A stretch of 25,153 bases of DNA, taken from positions 1 to 25,153 of IMG/VR virus record IMGVR_UViG_3300031162_001157; one strand, 5' to 3'. A program made the translations under genes and the position numbers. The stretch is from a virus. Lineage: Duplodnaviria; Caudoviricetes. The first letter of the stretch is position 1; each line of letters begins with the position of its first letter. The notes beneath the pieces are model-generated. The model was given only the letters and a program-made list of their open reading frames with translations. It had not been told where the DNA came from and ran no database searches. Positions 6,725 through 15,647 of this stretch are shown in pieces.

Positions 6725-8247
6725 TAGTTGATATTAGTATCTCCGTCTCCCGCTAACCTTTGCTCCGATATATCAAATCTTTGCCGAATGTTATCTACTA
6801 CATTATGAAGCGAGCCTCTACTTTGCACTGAAAAATTGTTTACCTCGAAGTTCAAATAGTTTTGGACCCATTCCTCTCTATGCACTTCTGTTTGATTATG
6901 CTCTTCTATAATTGGCCTACGAATTAAATCTATATGACCAGCAGCGTCCCGCCCTTGGTATCTGGTTTTAATTGGAAGTAGTTTGTGCGTACCAAACATT
7001 TCTCCATCCATAGCTATTTCGTCCGTAGTTTTCCTACGAAATATTCCAACGAAACTTGCAAACCACTGAAGCCTGTCAGAGAGAGATATAGCCGAGCTAT
7101 CATCTACTAAAGTTCTACTACTTCTATTATGACTTTCTCCGGTTCTGTTCATCTGCATAGCTGTAATGATTGGCGCAGATAATTCTTCTGAAATTCTTTT
7201 GAGCTTATCTATCTTTTCTCCAATCGCTTGATGCTCCGCCCAGTTTCTGTCTACCTTTTCGCCTGTCAACTTAACATAGTCGTAGGCTATGACGCAAGGA
7301 TTGCCTCTTCCGACATGCTGCATGTGCCAGCGTCTGATTATAGAACAGACTTCGTCTACAGTTTTATTCCTGACATGATAGTGAAAATATTGATGGTTAT
7401 CATACTTGCCTTTAAAGTTCTCTTGATAGTCTCTCACCCTAGCATACATTTCCTCGTTCTTCCTCCAGTTCCCTGTTTCAAGATACCAAAGAGGTACTTG
7501 GGTCTGCGCCGCTGCCATACGAAATTTTATTTCTTTCGTAGACATCTCAGTATCTAGAACTAGAGCTGGGACATTATTTGCCAAGGAGGTGTTAAGGCAG
7601 ATATCGTTTATGAAAGTTGTTTTGCCTTGGGCTGGTCTTGAAACTATTGCATATATGTTTCCCTCTCTCAAGCCGCCAAATAAACGATTGAACTCTGGGT
7701 AAGGAGTTAGTAATCCTGACTCATCAGAGGGATTCTTTCCTGACTCTTCTACTTCGTCAAGAAAGCTATCTAATATATTTTCGGGATTGTCGTCTAACTC
7801 GTAGGAAAGTATTTTTTCTGAATATATAGAATCTGACTTAGAAATTATATCGTCGACAGAATCATCACCGCAATTATTAACATAGCTCTGTATTTTATCT
7901 GCGGTATCTTCAATGTCTCTTCTAATTCTATATTTTATTAAAGTCTTAGCGTAACCAACTATAGAACTAGCTTTTGGCGCGCTAAGAAGTATGGCTTCTA
8001 AATACTCATGTATACCAACACCATCCTTAGCGGTGATTCCTATATTGATAATCTTATCAGAGATAAGAACTTTGTCGATGCTTTCGCCGGAGATATAAGA
8101 ATTTCTTATTACGGAATATATAGACTGATGAACTTCATTGTAGAAATCTGCTATAGTTAAATAAGAATCTACCTCTGCTAAAACATCTGGATGTTGGAGA
8201 AGCCCGCCTAGAACGTACTTCTCTATCCTAACTGAGTATAGAGACAT
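6724..8247 (-). CDS. dnaB: DnaB-like replicative helicase
   Basis: N-terminal EKYVLGGLL/DFYNEVHQSIY, Walker A SRPAQGKTT, LDTEMS, Walker B YDYVKL, QMNR and KTR arginine finger. Confidence 0.93.
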   Translation of the reverse strand: MSLYSVRIEKYVLGGLLQHPDVLAEVDSYLTIADFYNEVHQSIYSVIRNSYISGESIDKVLISDKIINIGITAKDGVGIHEYLEAILLSAPKASSIVGYAKTLIKYRIRRDIEDTADKIQSYVNNCGDDSVDDIISKSDSIYSEKILSYELDDNPENILDSFLDEVEESGKNPSDESGLLTPYPEFNRLFGGLREGNIYAIVSRPAQGKTTFINDICLNTSLANNVPALVLDTEMSTKEIKFRMAAAQTQVPLWYLETGNWRKNEEMYARVRDYQENFKGKYDNHQYFHYHVRNKTVDEVCSIIRRWHMQHVGRGNPCVIAYDYVKLTGEKVDRNWAEHQAIGEKIDKLKRISEELSAPIITAMQMNRTGESHNRSSRTLVDDSSAISLSDRLQWFASFVGIFRRKTTDEIAMDGEMFGTHKLLPIKTRYQGRDAAGHIDLIRRPIIEEHNQTEVHREEWVQNYLNFEVNNFSVQSRGSLHNVVDNIRQRFDISEQRLAGDGDTNIN

Positions 8248-8250
8248 TTA

Positions 8251-9543
8251 TTATTTGTATTTTCTGTCTACTTCAAAGAAATAATCGAACAGATTTTCTG
8301 GAGCCTGCAATCCGCCAATAGCAGTATATACAGCGAGACCTTGCTTCGCCCCAGTGTAGATACCACGATGAACAGTAGAGCCGCCTCCCATCATTCTGCT
8401 GAGTTGCTCGAACCCGTGTTCTAAACTAGACTGGGGTATATTGTCAAGAGAGTTTTTATCGCCGATAATGACACAAGCTGCGACGTTTCCTGTTGAAGCG
8501 TCAACGCCAGCTAAGATATTCTTTCTTAGATTGTCCCTAACTGCATAAGATATCCCTGTTTCACTGGTATCTTTAATCGGTGTCGCTCCGAACATAATAA
8601 TGCCAGAAGAAAAGATAGTGTCTAAATCCGCCTTATCGAAAGTAGTGTAGGCAGATTCTTTAGCTGATATCTTATTGAATAAGTGGAAGATAGAACAGAT
8701 GCTATTATTTGCTGTGCTCCAGAACTGATTTACAGATAGCTTAGGATATAGCTGCTTAATCTTCTCATTGTCAAGCACTACTAAAGGCGAAAGCACGCCA
8801 GCCTTCTGTGCATCAATCACTTTCGTAATTGTTTTCTTAGAGTTGTCTTGAACCTTGATGCCTTCCGCTCTGGTGGGTAAAGCTAGAACGCATCCTACTT
8901 TGGCGTCGGTGTCTTTAGTTTCTTTACCTAATGACTGATTAAGGTCGTGGCAAATATCAATAACTCTAGCTACACCGCCAGCGCCAGTGCCGCCACCGGC
9001 TCCAGCGCAAACTAAAACTCTTTCGTAGCTTGTACCAAAAGTTCTTTTTAGAAAATCTAAAATATCCTCGTAGCGAGTGCGGAACACTTCGTCTGCTGCG
9101 TCGGGATTCTTGCCAGCACCTCCATCGCCAATCAGAAGTTTATTCTGCTCTGGCACATTAATCAAAGAGAGATCTTGCTTAGCTGTGTTAATGATACCAA
9201 CTCTTCGGTAACCTAAATTCCAGAAAGACTCTGCTAATCTTGAGCCTCCTTGACCAACGCCAACAATAGCAAAGTTAAACGCAGCATCTTCGAAAGTATC
9301 CTTAATAGCGTCCTCTATAGGCTCATCATCCGGCAGAGGAATATCCGGCAAATCAATACCTAGATCATCTACTCCTAAAGCTTCTACTGGAGCGAGAGCT
9401 GCTGGCGCTGCTGGCTCTACTGATTCTACTGGCTCAGGAGCTTCTCCCGCGCTTAAAGAAGCTGGAGGTTCGAATCCCGGCAGCGGGGTAGTAGGAGGCT
9501 CTTCTTTTTTAGGGTAGTAATCTGAAATGTTTGTATCACTCAT
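8251..9543 (-). CDS. Tubulin/FtsZ-superfamily GTPase (TubZ/PhuZ/CetZ-like rather than canonical FtsZ) with a ~85-aa acidic Pro/Ala-rich N-terminal extension
   Basis: T1 GVGQGG, INT, T3 GAGKNP, signature GAGGGTGAG, LPTRAEG, LDNE, AN and T7 loop FDKADL. Confidence 0.92.
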   Translation of the reverse strand: MSDTNISDYYPKKEEPPTTPLPGFEPPASLSAGEAPEPVESVEPAAPAALAPVEALGVDDLGIDLPDIPLPDDEPIEDAIKDTFEDAAFNFAIVGVGQGGSRLAESFWNLGYRRVGIINTAKQDLSLINVPEQNKLLIGDGGAGKNPDAADEVFRTRYEDILDFLKRTFGTSYERVLVCAGAGGGTGAGGVARVIDICHDLNQSLGKETKDTDAKVGCVLALPTRAEGIKVQDNSKKTITKVIDAQKAGVLSPLVVLDNEKIKQLYPKLSVNQFWSTANNSICSIFHLFNKISAKESAYTTFDKADLDTIFSSGIIMFGATPIKDTSETGISYAVRDNLRKNILAGVDASTGNVAACVIIGDKNSLDNIPQSSLEHGFEQLSRMMGGGSTVHRGIYTGAKQGLAVYTAIGGLQAPENLFDYFFEVDRKYK

Positions 9544-9817
9544 CTTCGTAATCTTCCTCGTCTTCTCTATTAGTTTCTATTCTTGAAGTAATATTGTCTA
9601 AAAAACTTTCTTTAGAAATCTCTTCCATGGCCTCGGACCAATTTTTTATAAAGTATTGAAGAGACATGGCATTTAAATCATCAGATATTTGTGCATGCAC
9701 CTGTGGCTTTGCCTGCTCATCGAAACTAAATAATACGTATCCTCCATAGGACATCTCGCTGATGTTATCTAGTACCTTTTGCGGCATACTTCCGTACTGT
9801 ACTTCTTTACTCATCAT
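9536..9817 (-). CDS. Hypothetical acidic protein
   Basis: 93-aa ORF ending REDEEDYEDE; it overlaps the tubulin start by 8 nt. Confidence 0.75.
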   Translation of the reverse strand: MMSKEVQYGSMPQKVLDNISEMSYGGYVLFSFDEQAKPQVHAQISDDLNAMSLQYFIKNWSEAMEEISKESFLDNITSRIETNREDEEDYEDE

Positions 9818-9818
9818 A

Positions 9819-9847
9819 ATATTATTACACTTAGTATTAAATGTCTA
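9819..9847 (-). promoter_or_regulatory. Putative promoter TAGACA-N17-TAATAT (alternatively extended -10 TGnAATAAT) directly abutting ATGATG
   Basis: Minus strand reads TAGACA tttaatactaagtgtaa TAATAT t ATG ATG; the -10 lies in a 19-nt gap. Confidence 0.45.
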
Positions 9848-10253
9848 CTCCGAAAGTATCGAAAATGTAAGATCTACTTAGATTTTTGATATCTTTAGTT
9901 TCTATTTCCAAAACATTAAAATCATTCAACTCTAGCCAGTTTATTTTTTTCATATCTCTTTTTATGGAAGCTAGGTACTTGTCCCTAGACCCTCCGTGGA
10001 AAAATTTATTGTATTGATTATGTTGATCACCTTGGACTTCTACCGCTATCTTACGAGTAAAATTAACCAAATCAACTTTCATTCTAGTTCCAAACACAGG
10101 AAATTCCTCGTAGCAAATATGGTTTACCCAGTAGTCCTTAAAAAACTTTTTGACTTCGAATTGTATTTTAGATCTACAAGACTTTTCCCAGTCCACTTTA
10201 TACTTAGTGACATTCTTGCTAACCAACTTTCCGTTTATGTTAAGCAATCTCAC
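9837..10253 (-). CDS. Vsr/DUF559-family endonuclease-like protein
   Basis: EEFPV...KVDL...IAVEVQGDQH...FFH...RDMKKINWLELNDFNVLEI fits the Vsr-like pattern (VD, ExxGxxH, D..K..L...G/D..VL). GTG start. Confidence 0.75.
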   Translation of the reverse strand: MRLLNINGKLVSKNVTKYKVDWEKSCRSKIQFEVKKFFKDYWVNHICYEEFPVFGTRMKVDLVNFTRKIAVEVQGDQHNQYNKFFHGGSRDKYLASIKRDMKKINWLELNDFNVLEIETKDIKNLSRSYIFDTFGVDI

Positions 10254-11344
10254 TAGGCTAAAGTAAGAGTCTCTTTCAATTTAGAGAATAGATATTCTGT
10301 AAGGTCTGGATTCTCCTCAAGGTAAGCAGTGAAAGCGTCCTCCCCTTGAATCTTTTGAGGGATCTCAAGATTGTTATCTTTTAGCTCCTTGATTAATTTT
10401 TCATTAACCGTCACCCAAGACCCAGCCTTTTCAACAAAACCCCATTTAACTAAAGAATCGAACACCTCGTACTCAATCCAAACACTTTTGCCGCCTGTCC
10501 TGCCATACCTAATAGGGTATCTAATTTCTGCGCCGGTTGTTTCATTAGGCGTTTTCTTAAATATAATTTTACACCAATGACCGTCAGGATTTCCGTCTTT
10601 AGAGGTCTTGGATGTTATTTGATCAGCCTTGTGGCGTTTCTGAAATTCGAATATCCAATCGGAGAAGTGAAGCAAAGCATTGCCTCCTGTGGCGTTTGTA
10701 AGCTTCGGGTCTCCCTTATCATAAGGGTTAACACTTACCGTGCTTCTAACCTGAGAAATCATAAAACAGATGTGACCTCTAGTGCTAATCGGCAGTGCCA
10801 TTCTTTTAAGGAAGTTAGAACTTAAAACTGCGCCTCCTGCAACCTTGGTAGCTTCTGCATAAGAGCGATCGATATCTCCAGATGGAATCAAAGAGTCCAT
10901 CGAGTCTATGATAAAAAAATATTTTCTCTCAGTAGGATTATCTTTAATTAGATTTGTGATGAACCCAATAACTGTCTCAAAGATATTAGATTTAAAAACG
11001 AACCATTTATCCTCAGAGGTGTCAACACCTGACCTCTCTATCATTTCTGGCGAAAGCCTACCTTCAGACTTTACATAGATAACCATAGAGTTGTCTACTG
11101 TATCTTGGAAGTTTTTAGCGAAAGATAAAGAGCAAGAAGTTTTACCGCCCTCAGAAATACCGCTGGCTCGAATTATTGAAGGTCTCAAACCTCCAGCCAT
11201 TGCTATATCTAAAAGCAAACTACCACTAGAAACTGTATAGTTAGCTTCTGTCTCAAAATTATAATGTTCGTGCTTGTGGTCTTGTAGGTACTGCTTAATT
11301 TGACCTACTGGGTCTAATGTATCACTTTTTCTTTTTGCTGCCAT
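10253..11344 (-). CDS. recA: RecA-family recombinase (divergent, phage-type)
   Basis: SSGSLLLDIAMAGG, Walker A GISEGGKTS, Walker B IIDSMDSL, SQVR, TGGNALLHF and a RecA-like C-terminal domain VEKAGSW...QGE...YLEENPDL. Confidence 0.9.
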   Translation of the reverse strand: MAAKRKSDTLDPVGQIKQYLQDHKHEHYNFETEANYTVSSGSLLLDIAMAGGLRPSIIRASGISEGGKTSCSLSFAKNFQDTVDNSMVIYVKSEGRLSPEMIERSGVDTSEDKWFVFKSNIFETVIGFITNLIKDNPTERKYFFIIDSMDSLIPSGDIDRSYAEATKVAGGAVLSSNFLKRMALPISTRGHICFMISQVRSTVSVNPYDKGDPKLTNATGGNALLHFSDWIFEFQKRHKADQITSKTSKDGNPDGHWCKIIFKKTPNETTGAEIRYPIRYGRTGGKSVWIEYEVFDSLVKWGFVEKAGSWVTVNEKLIKELKDNNLEIPQKIQGEDAFTAYLEENPDLTEYLFSKLKETLTLA

Positions 11345-11696
11345 CTCTTAAAAAATCTAATAAATTTTTCTTTGTTTTTATCTTTTTAGCTCGTCCGAAC
11401 TTACGACTCTCTACATCATAACTCTTTTCTGGAGTTAAGTCAAGCTTATATTTGTGCCACTCAGAGACTAGGTAACGCTTGCCGTTTGGAGAAAGAAACC
11501 AAATTAATGATTCTAGATTGTCGAACGGTATGGAAGCCCTAAACCAAAACTTTTTATCTGGATAGGCTTTAAGAAGCTTCTTTGCCGTAGATATTTCTCT
11601 TTTAGTAGCCTCTCTATCCGACCAGATAGTCTTAGAATTCCCTATAAATTTTTCAATTATGTACTGGTAGATAGTTAGCTTTTTTCTTTTCGGCAT
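11322..11696 (-). CDS. Hypothetical basic protein
   Basis: 124-aa Lys/Arg-rich ORF overlapping both neighbours; no family recognised. Confidence 0.7.
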   Translation of the reverse strand: MPKRKKLTIYQYIIEKFIGNSKTIWSDREATKREISTAKKLLKAYPDKKFWFRASIPFDNLESLIWFLSPNGKRYLVSEWHKYKLDLTPEKSYDVESRKFGRAKKIKTKKNLLDFLRDGSKKKK

Positions 11697-12718
11697 ATAG
11701 CTAAATCATTATCTACCATACTTTCTACCAATTTGTCAAATGAAATCTCAGGCTTCCAGCCAAGTTCTTCTCTGGCAGGAGTAGAGTCACCATGTAAAAG
11801 GTCTACTTCTGCTGGCCTGTAAAATTTTTCATTTATCTCGGCCAAGACTGTATTTTCTTGAAAAACTCTAAATTTTTCGTCCATACCTTCGCCGCTCCAA
11901 AGACCGGGAACGTCTGCGTGAGTAAACGCTCTTTGAACAAAGTCTCTTACGGAGTGCGTTTCGTTGCTAGATAAAACATAATCTTTAGGTTTATCTTGGT
12001 TCATCATTAGCCAAACGCCTCTCATAAAGTCCATGCTGTCGCTCCAGTCTCTTTTTGCGTCTATATTTCCTAACTGTAGAGGCTCAAAAGATAAATTATT
12101 ATCTAATGCGCACTTTATTTCTGCGACCTTTTTCGTAATTTTTCTAGTTACAAACTCTTCTCCTCTTCTTGTGCCTTCATGGTTGAATAGGATAGAATGA
12201 ACTGCATACAAATTATATGATTCACGGTAGACTTTTGTCATGTGCCTAGCGGCCGCTTTAGAAGCTCCGTACGGACTCCTAGGTTTAATCGGATGATCGA
12301 TATCCTGCGGACTGTAATCTACGTTGCCAAGTTCTTCTGAGGAGCCTGCGCTGTAAAAACGACAGTCATGCTTAAATTTTCTGATAGCTTCGAGACATCT
12401 AACAACGCCTCCCGTATTAACATCAAGGACACTCAAAGGTACATCCCAGCTAACACCTACGAAAGAATTAGCTCCGAAGTTAAGCAGGTAGTCAGGCTGT
12501 AGCTTTTTAACTAAACTATCAATACTTGCGCTGTCTGACAAGTCCCCGTCTACTAGCTCAAAATTTTTGTTGTTTCTAAATTCTTTAATGTTAGTATAAT
12601 TTGGTGAGCCAGACCTTCTCATCATGCCATAGACATGAATGTCTCCCTGCTCCAAAAGAAGCTCTGCCATGTTTGCTCCATCTTGACCTAAGATACCTGT
12701 AATTAATACTTTTTTCAT
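11675..12718 (-). CDS. gmd: GDP-mannose 4,6-dehydratase
   Basis: ITGILGQDG, ANSFVGVSW, SSEE, PRSPYGASK, ILFNHE, RGEEFVTRKIT, LGNIDAKRDW and RPAEVDLL. Confidence 0.95.
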   Translation of the reverse strand: MKKVLITGILGQDGANMAELLLEQGDIHVYGMMRRSGSPNYTNIKEFRNNKNFELVDGDLSDSASIDSLVKKLQPDYLLNFGANSFVGVSWDVPLSVLDVNTGGVVRCLEAIRKFKHDCRFYSAGSSEELGNVDYSPQDIDHPIKPRSPYGASKAAARHMTKVYRESYNLYAVHSILFNHEGTRRGEEFVTRKITKKVAEIKCALDNNLSFEPLQLGNIDAKRDWSDSMDFMRGVWLMMNQDKPKDYVLSSNETHSVRDFVQRAFTHADVPGLWSGEGMDEKFRVFQENTVLAEINEKFYRPAEVDLLHGDSTPAREELGWKPEISFDKLVESMVDNDLAICRKEKS

Positions 12719-13284
12719 TCTAAAATACTTTTCTTTGTGAACCTATAAAGACACTCATACTGTCTAACAGCTTTTTTTAAAGTGGGAACCATGTTATCCG
12801 GCAAATCTTTAAATTTAAAAAATTTAACATCCAGACTTTCGTCGCTCTTCTTTATATTATAGCTAGTAGGATAGCCGATCATAAAAATATCTACGACTTG
12901 CTGCATGTAGTCATCTTCTAAATAATGACGTAACGTTCCAGATTTTGGGTCCGAGTAAACACAAAACAAATCATCTAGCACCACATCTATATTAGTTTCT
13001 TCTTTGACTTCTCTTTCGATGCACTCAGCTATTGTTTCGCCGGGGTCTAGCCTGCCTCCCGGGACACACCACATATCGCAATCGGCTCTAAGCTCTAGTA
13101 ATATCTCCTGCTCTGGGAAAGGCACTGCATACTCTTTTATATAGCATTGAGCGAACTGTTCTGCTGTCGGAGGGTTTATTCCGTGGATGTCTCTATACCC
13201 TTTGATAATTAAAGCGCCGAGTCCTAGACTGACTTTGCACTCCTTGTCTATCTTATCTAAAAATTTAAGTTTATGCTTCACCAA
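12715..13284 (-). CDS. Nudix hydrolase
   Basis: Canonical Nudix box GGRLDPGETIAECIEREVKEETNI. Start is TTG 13284 or GTG 13281. Confidence 0.9.
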   Translation of the reverse strand: MVKHKLKFLDKIDKECKVSLGLGALIIKGYRDIHGINPPTAEQFAQCYIKEYAVPFPEQEILLELRADCDMWCVPGGRLDPGETIAECIEREVKEETNIDVVLDDLFCVYSDPKSGTLRHYLEDDYMQQVVDIFMIGYPTSYNIKKSDESLDVKFFKFKDLPDNMVPTLKKAVRQYECLYRFTKKSILE

Positions 13285-14033
13285 TAAAAAGTTTTAATTT
13301 TAGATAATGACACCACGCCTTTCTGGCTAACAGCTTCTGTTGCGCACTTATTTGCAAATTTTATAGATTTGTCTATGTCTTCAGTATGAACAAAAGTTGA
13401 TACAAGTCCCGCTAAGAAAGTATCCCCCGCTCCGGACACATCCTTAACCTCCACTTCTGGGACAGAATAAATTTTATCTTTATGCTCGCAGCCCTTGCTC
13501 CCTAAAGTTTTTACAAGCTTATTTTTAAATTTAATATCTTGAAAGATATTTTTAGATTTATTATACTCTACTTCATTTATTTTGATAAAAGATATATTTT
13601 CTGCCCACTCTCCTATTTCTTTTTTCGTATCTAAAAAAGTTAAGTTATGAATATTAGAAATTGCTTCAATATCATCTTCTTTTAAAAAACCTTTATCATA
13701 GTCCGATATTACTACGGCGTCATAATTTAAAAAATTTATAGTATTAAGTTTTATCCTGTTATACTTACCGCAACTATCAAACCTAAAAAACATTTGATTA
13801 GTTTTTACGTCTACAAACCTAGTTTTTTTTATGACTCTCCAGTTTGAATTAGTTTCTATTTCGCAATCAACTCCTAAAGATTTAATATTGCGATAAGCGT
13901 TATAAGCCATGCCCGGACTTTTTTGCTCATATTTATAATCTAGAACAGGGACAGGAGCTTCTGGCGCAAGCCTATCGCATTCGCAATAGCAAAAAACATC
14001 TTGGCAACTATCTCCTATAACTAAAACGTTCAC
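13278..14033 (-). CDS. PfkB-family sugar kinase, HldE/RfaE kinase-domain-like (heptose-7-phosphate kinase), stand-alone
   Basis: VIGD...DRLAPEAPVPV, ISDYDKG, KINEVE, KTLGSKG and DVSGAGDTF. Confidence 0.88.
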   Translation of the reverse strand: MNVLVIGDSCQDVFCYCECDRLAPEAPVPVLDYKYEQKSPGMAYNAYRNIKSLGVDCEIETNSNWRVIKKTRFVDVKTNQMFFRFDSCGKYNRIKLNTINFLNYDAVVISDYDKGFLKEDDIEAISNIHNLTFLDTKKEIGEWAENISFIKINEVEYNKSKNIFQDIKFKNKLVKTLGSKGCEHKDKIYSVPEVEVKDVSGAGDTFLAGLVSTFVHTEDIDKSIKFANKCATEAVSQKGVVSLSKIKTFYW

Positions 14034-14992
14034 TTTATAAACTTATGAAATATATTATTATAGTCCAAAAGGTCTTTCGGTATAAACATATTTTCTAGAA
14101 TAAAAGATTTTAACCTTTCTGGATCTTTAACGAAACCTTCTTCTGTATATTTAGTCTCGTCATGCATAAGAATTTTTTGACACTCTTCGTACCCAAAACC
14201 AGACTCTAAAGCTTCTGGGTCTGCGATTATTTCTGGGATAGTTCTTCTGCTTTTGAAAAGATGCTGCCACGGGGGTAGTGGTTGTTGGTGGGGTTTAAAC
14301 CCGCTGCTTGCACCATCTAGCGCAACTACATGAGAGACTACGATGTCTTTGTGCACTACGAATTTTTTACCTACGGCGGCAGTACAGAAAGTTAAAACAG
14401 ATTCAGAACACTCAGAGGCGAAGATATCTGCCCAAACTCTATTGTCAAAAGCTTCGTATAAGCTCTTATCATATATTTGGCAGTGCGCATTGACAGCTTT
14501 GCCGACAGGTAAGACTAAATGACCTTGCTCAAAGAGTTTATCCTGTCCGCTTTCGTCACCTAACATCTTACCTTCGTTAAACCAAAGGAATGTACCACTA
14601 TCCGTATCTGTTCTCGACGCAGTAATTCCATAAGGTCCAGATTTATGAAGGTCGTATAGAGATTTTAAGACGTATTTATTAGAACCAAAATCAATACCTG
14701 AGTCTATATAAAGGTATCCCTCTATATCTCCAAAGGCCTCTGTCATCTTTTGACAAGTGTGATTAAACGTTACATTTACAGGAAGAGGCTCATTAATAAA
14801 ATTATATGATATAGAATCTCCGAACTCTTCTTTTAATGTATTTTGAGTGTCTTTATTGTTTTTGCAGCTAGATATAGCTACCCTAAAATCATCAAAGTCT
14901 TGGTCTAGTATGTTTCTAATAGAAGTTATGTAGTTCCCTACATTTTCTCTGCCAGAAATACCACAAGTATTAAATATAGCTGCTATTTTCAT
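14030..14992 (-). CDS. Divergent GT-A/GT2-like glycosyltransferase (putative)
   Basis: N-terminal beta-strand, SIRNILDQDFDDFRVAIS, TFN and YLYIDSG at the DxD position; located in the sugar cluster. Confidence 0.55.
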   Translation of the reverse strand: MKIAAIFNTCGISGRENVGNYITSIRNILDQDFDDFRVAISSCKNNKDTQNTLKEEFGDSISYNFINEPLPVNVTFNHTCQKMTEAFGDIEGYLYIDSGIDFGSNKYVLKSLYDLHKSGPYGITASRTDTDSGTFLWFNEGKMLGDESGQDKLFEQGHLVLPVGKAVNAHCQIYDKSLYEAFDNRVWADIFASECSESVLTFCTAAVGKKFVVHKDIVVSHVVALDGASSGFKPHQQPLPPWQHLFKSRRTIPEIIADPEALESGFGYEECQKILMHDETKYTEEGFVKDPERLKSFILENMFIPKDLLDYNNIFHKFIK

Positions 14993-15647
14993 TATGATAG
15001 TCTCTGATTTTATTTTTTACTATTTCGCAATCCAACTGTTCATACGAAGGGTCTTTGCTAGGATTGAACTCGTGTATCGTCACAGGGCTTCCAACGCAAG
15101 GCTCTCCTTTCATTCCCATATAATACCCGAGTAGTATATCCCCTGCGTGGTAAAAAAGATTAGGATGAAAGATAAAACCATCTAAAGCATCTAAAGCTCT
15201 TTCTCTTTCGAATATGGGAAACTTACAAAGAGGGTGTCTTTGCACTTCAAAATCCACGGGAGAGTAACCTAAAAGTTCGCCTCTAGTTGGGTTATAGTTT
15301 AGGCTAGGAGGGTTTCCAGAAAGTGTGTTAATAGGAAAACGAGAATGCTTAAACTCACTAGCTAAAAAATCTATGCCGTCAGAGAAGTTAGTGGTGAGAG
15401 CGTGATCATCAGTTAAGAAAATACAATACTTGCTCCTACTGATTTGCGTAGCATAATTAAATGCCCAAATTGGGCCTCGCCTTCCATCTTCTTTAAGCCA
15501 AACGACATTATCTCCAGAGACTTCTTCGTTTGAAACTATGATAATTTCATAAGAATGCCTAGCGGGTATTCCGTTTATATTATCTACTACTACTTTAGAG
15601 AACCCTTCGAAAGGCCTAGCTGTTGGTATTATTATAGAGATATCCAT
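14970..15647 (-). CDS. GT2-like glycosyltransferase
   Basis: ISIIIPTAR, YEIIIVS and AFNYATQISRSKYCIFLTDD. Confidence 0.75.
   Translation of the reverse strand: MDISIIIPTARPFEGFSKVVVDNINGIPARHSYEIIIVSNEEVSGDNVVWLKEDGRRGPIWAFNYATQISRSKYCIFLTDDHALTTNFSDGIDFLASEFKHSRFPINTLSGNPPSLNYNPTRGELLGYSPVDFEVQRHPLCKFPIFERERALDALDGFIFHPNLFYHAGDILLGYYMGMKGEPCVGSPVTIHEFNPSKDPSYEQLDCEIVKNKIRDYHNENSSYI

Noticed and set aside
9385-9440. Short GC-rich direct repeats (gctgctggc x2, tctactg x3) as a possible centromere or iteron
   Set aside because: They are inside the tubulin CDS and simply encode the low-complexity PAAPAA/PVE linker.
8251-9543. Canonical cell-division ftsZ
   Set aside because: There are no dcw-cluster neighbours and no C-terminal linker/peptide, and the GQGG and FDKAD variants differ from FtsZ GGGG and NxDFAD.
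12715-13284. gmm/wcaH GDP-mannose mannosyl hydrolase, suggested by adjacency to gmd
   Set aside because: It has a canonical REUXEE Nudix box, whereas Gmm has a modified box; specificity is left unassigned.
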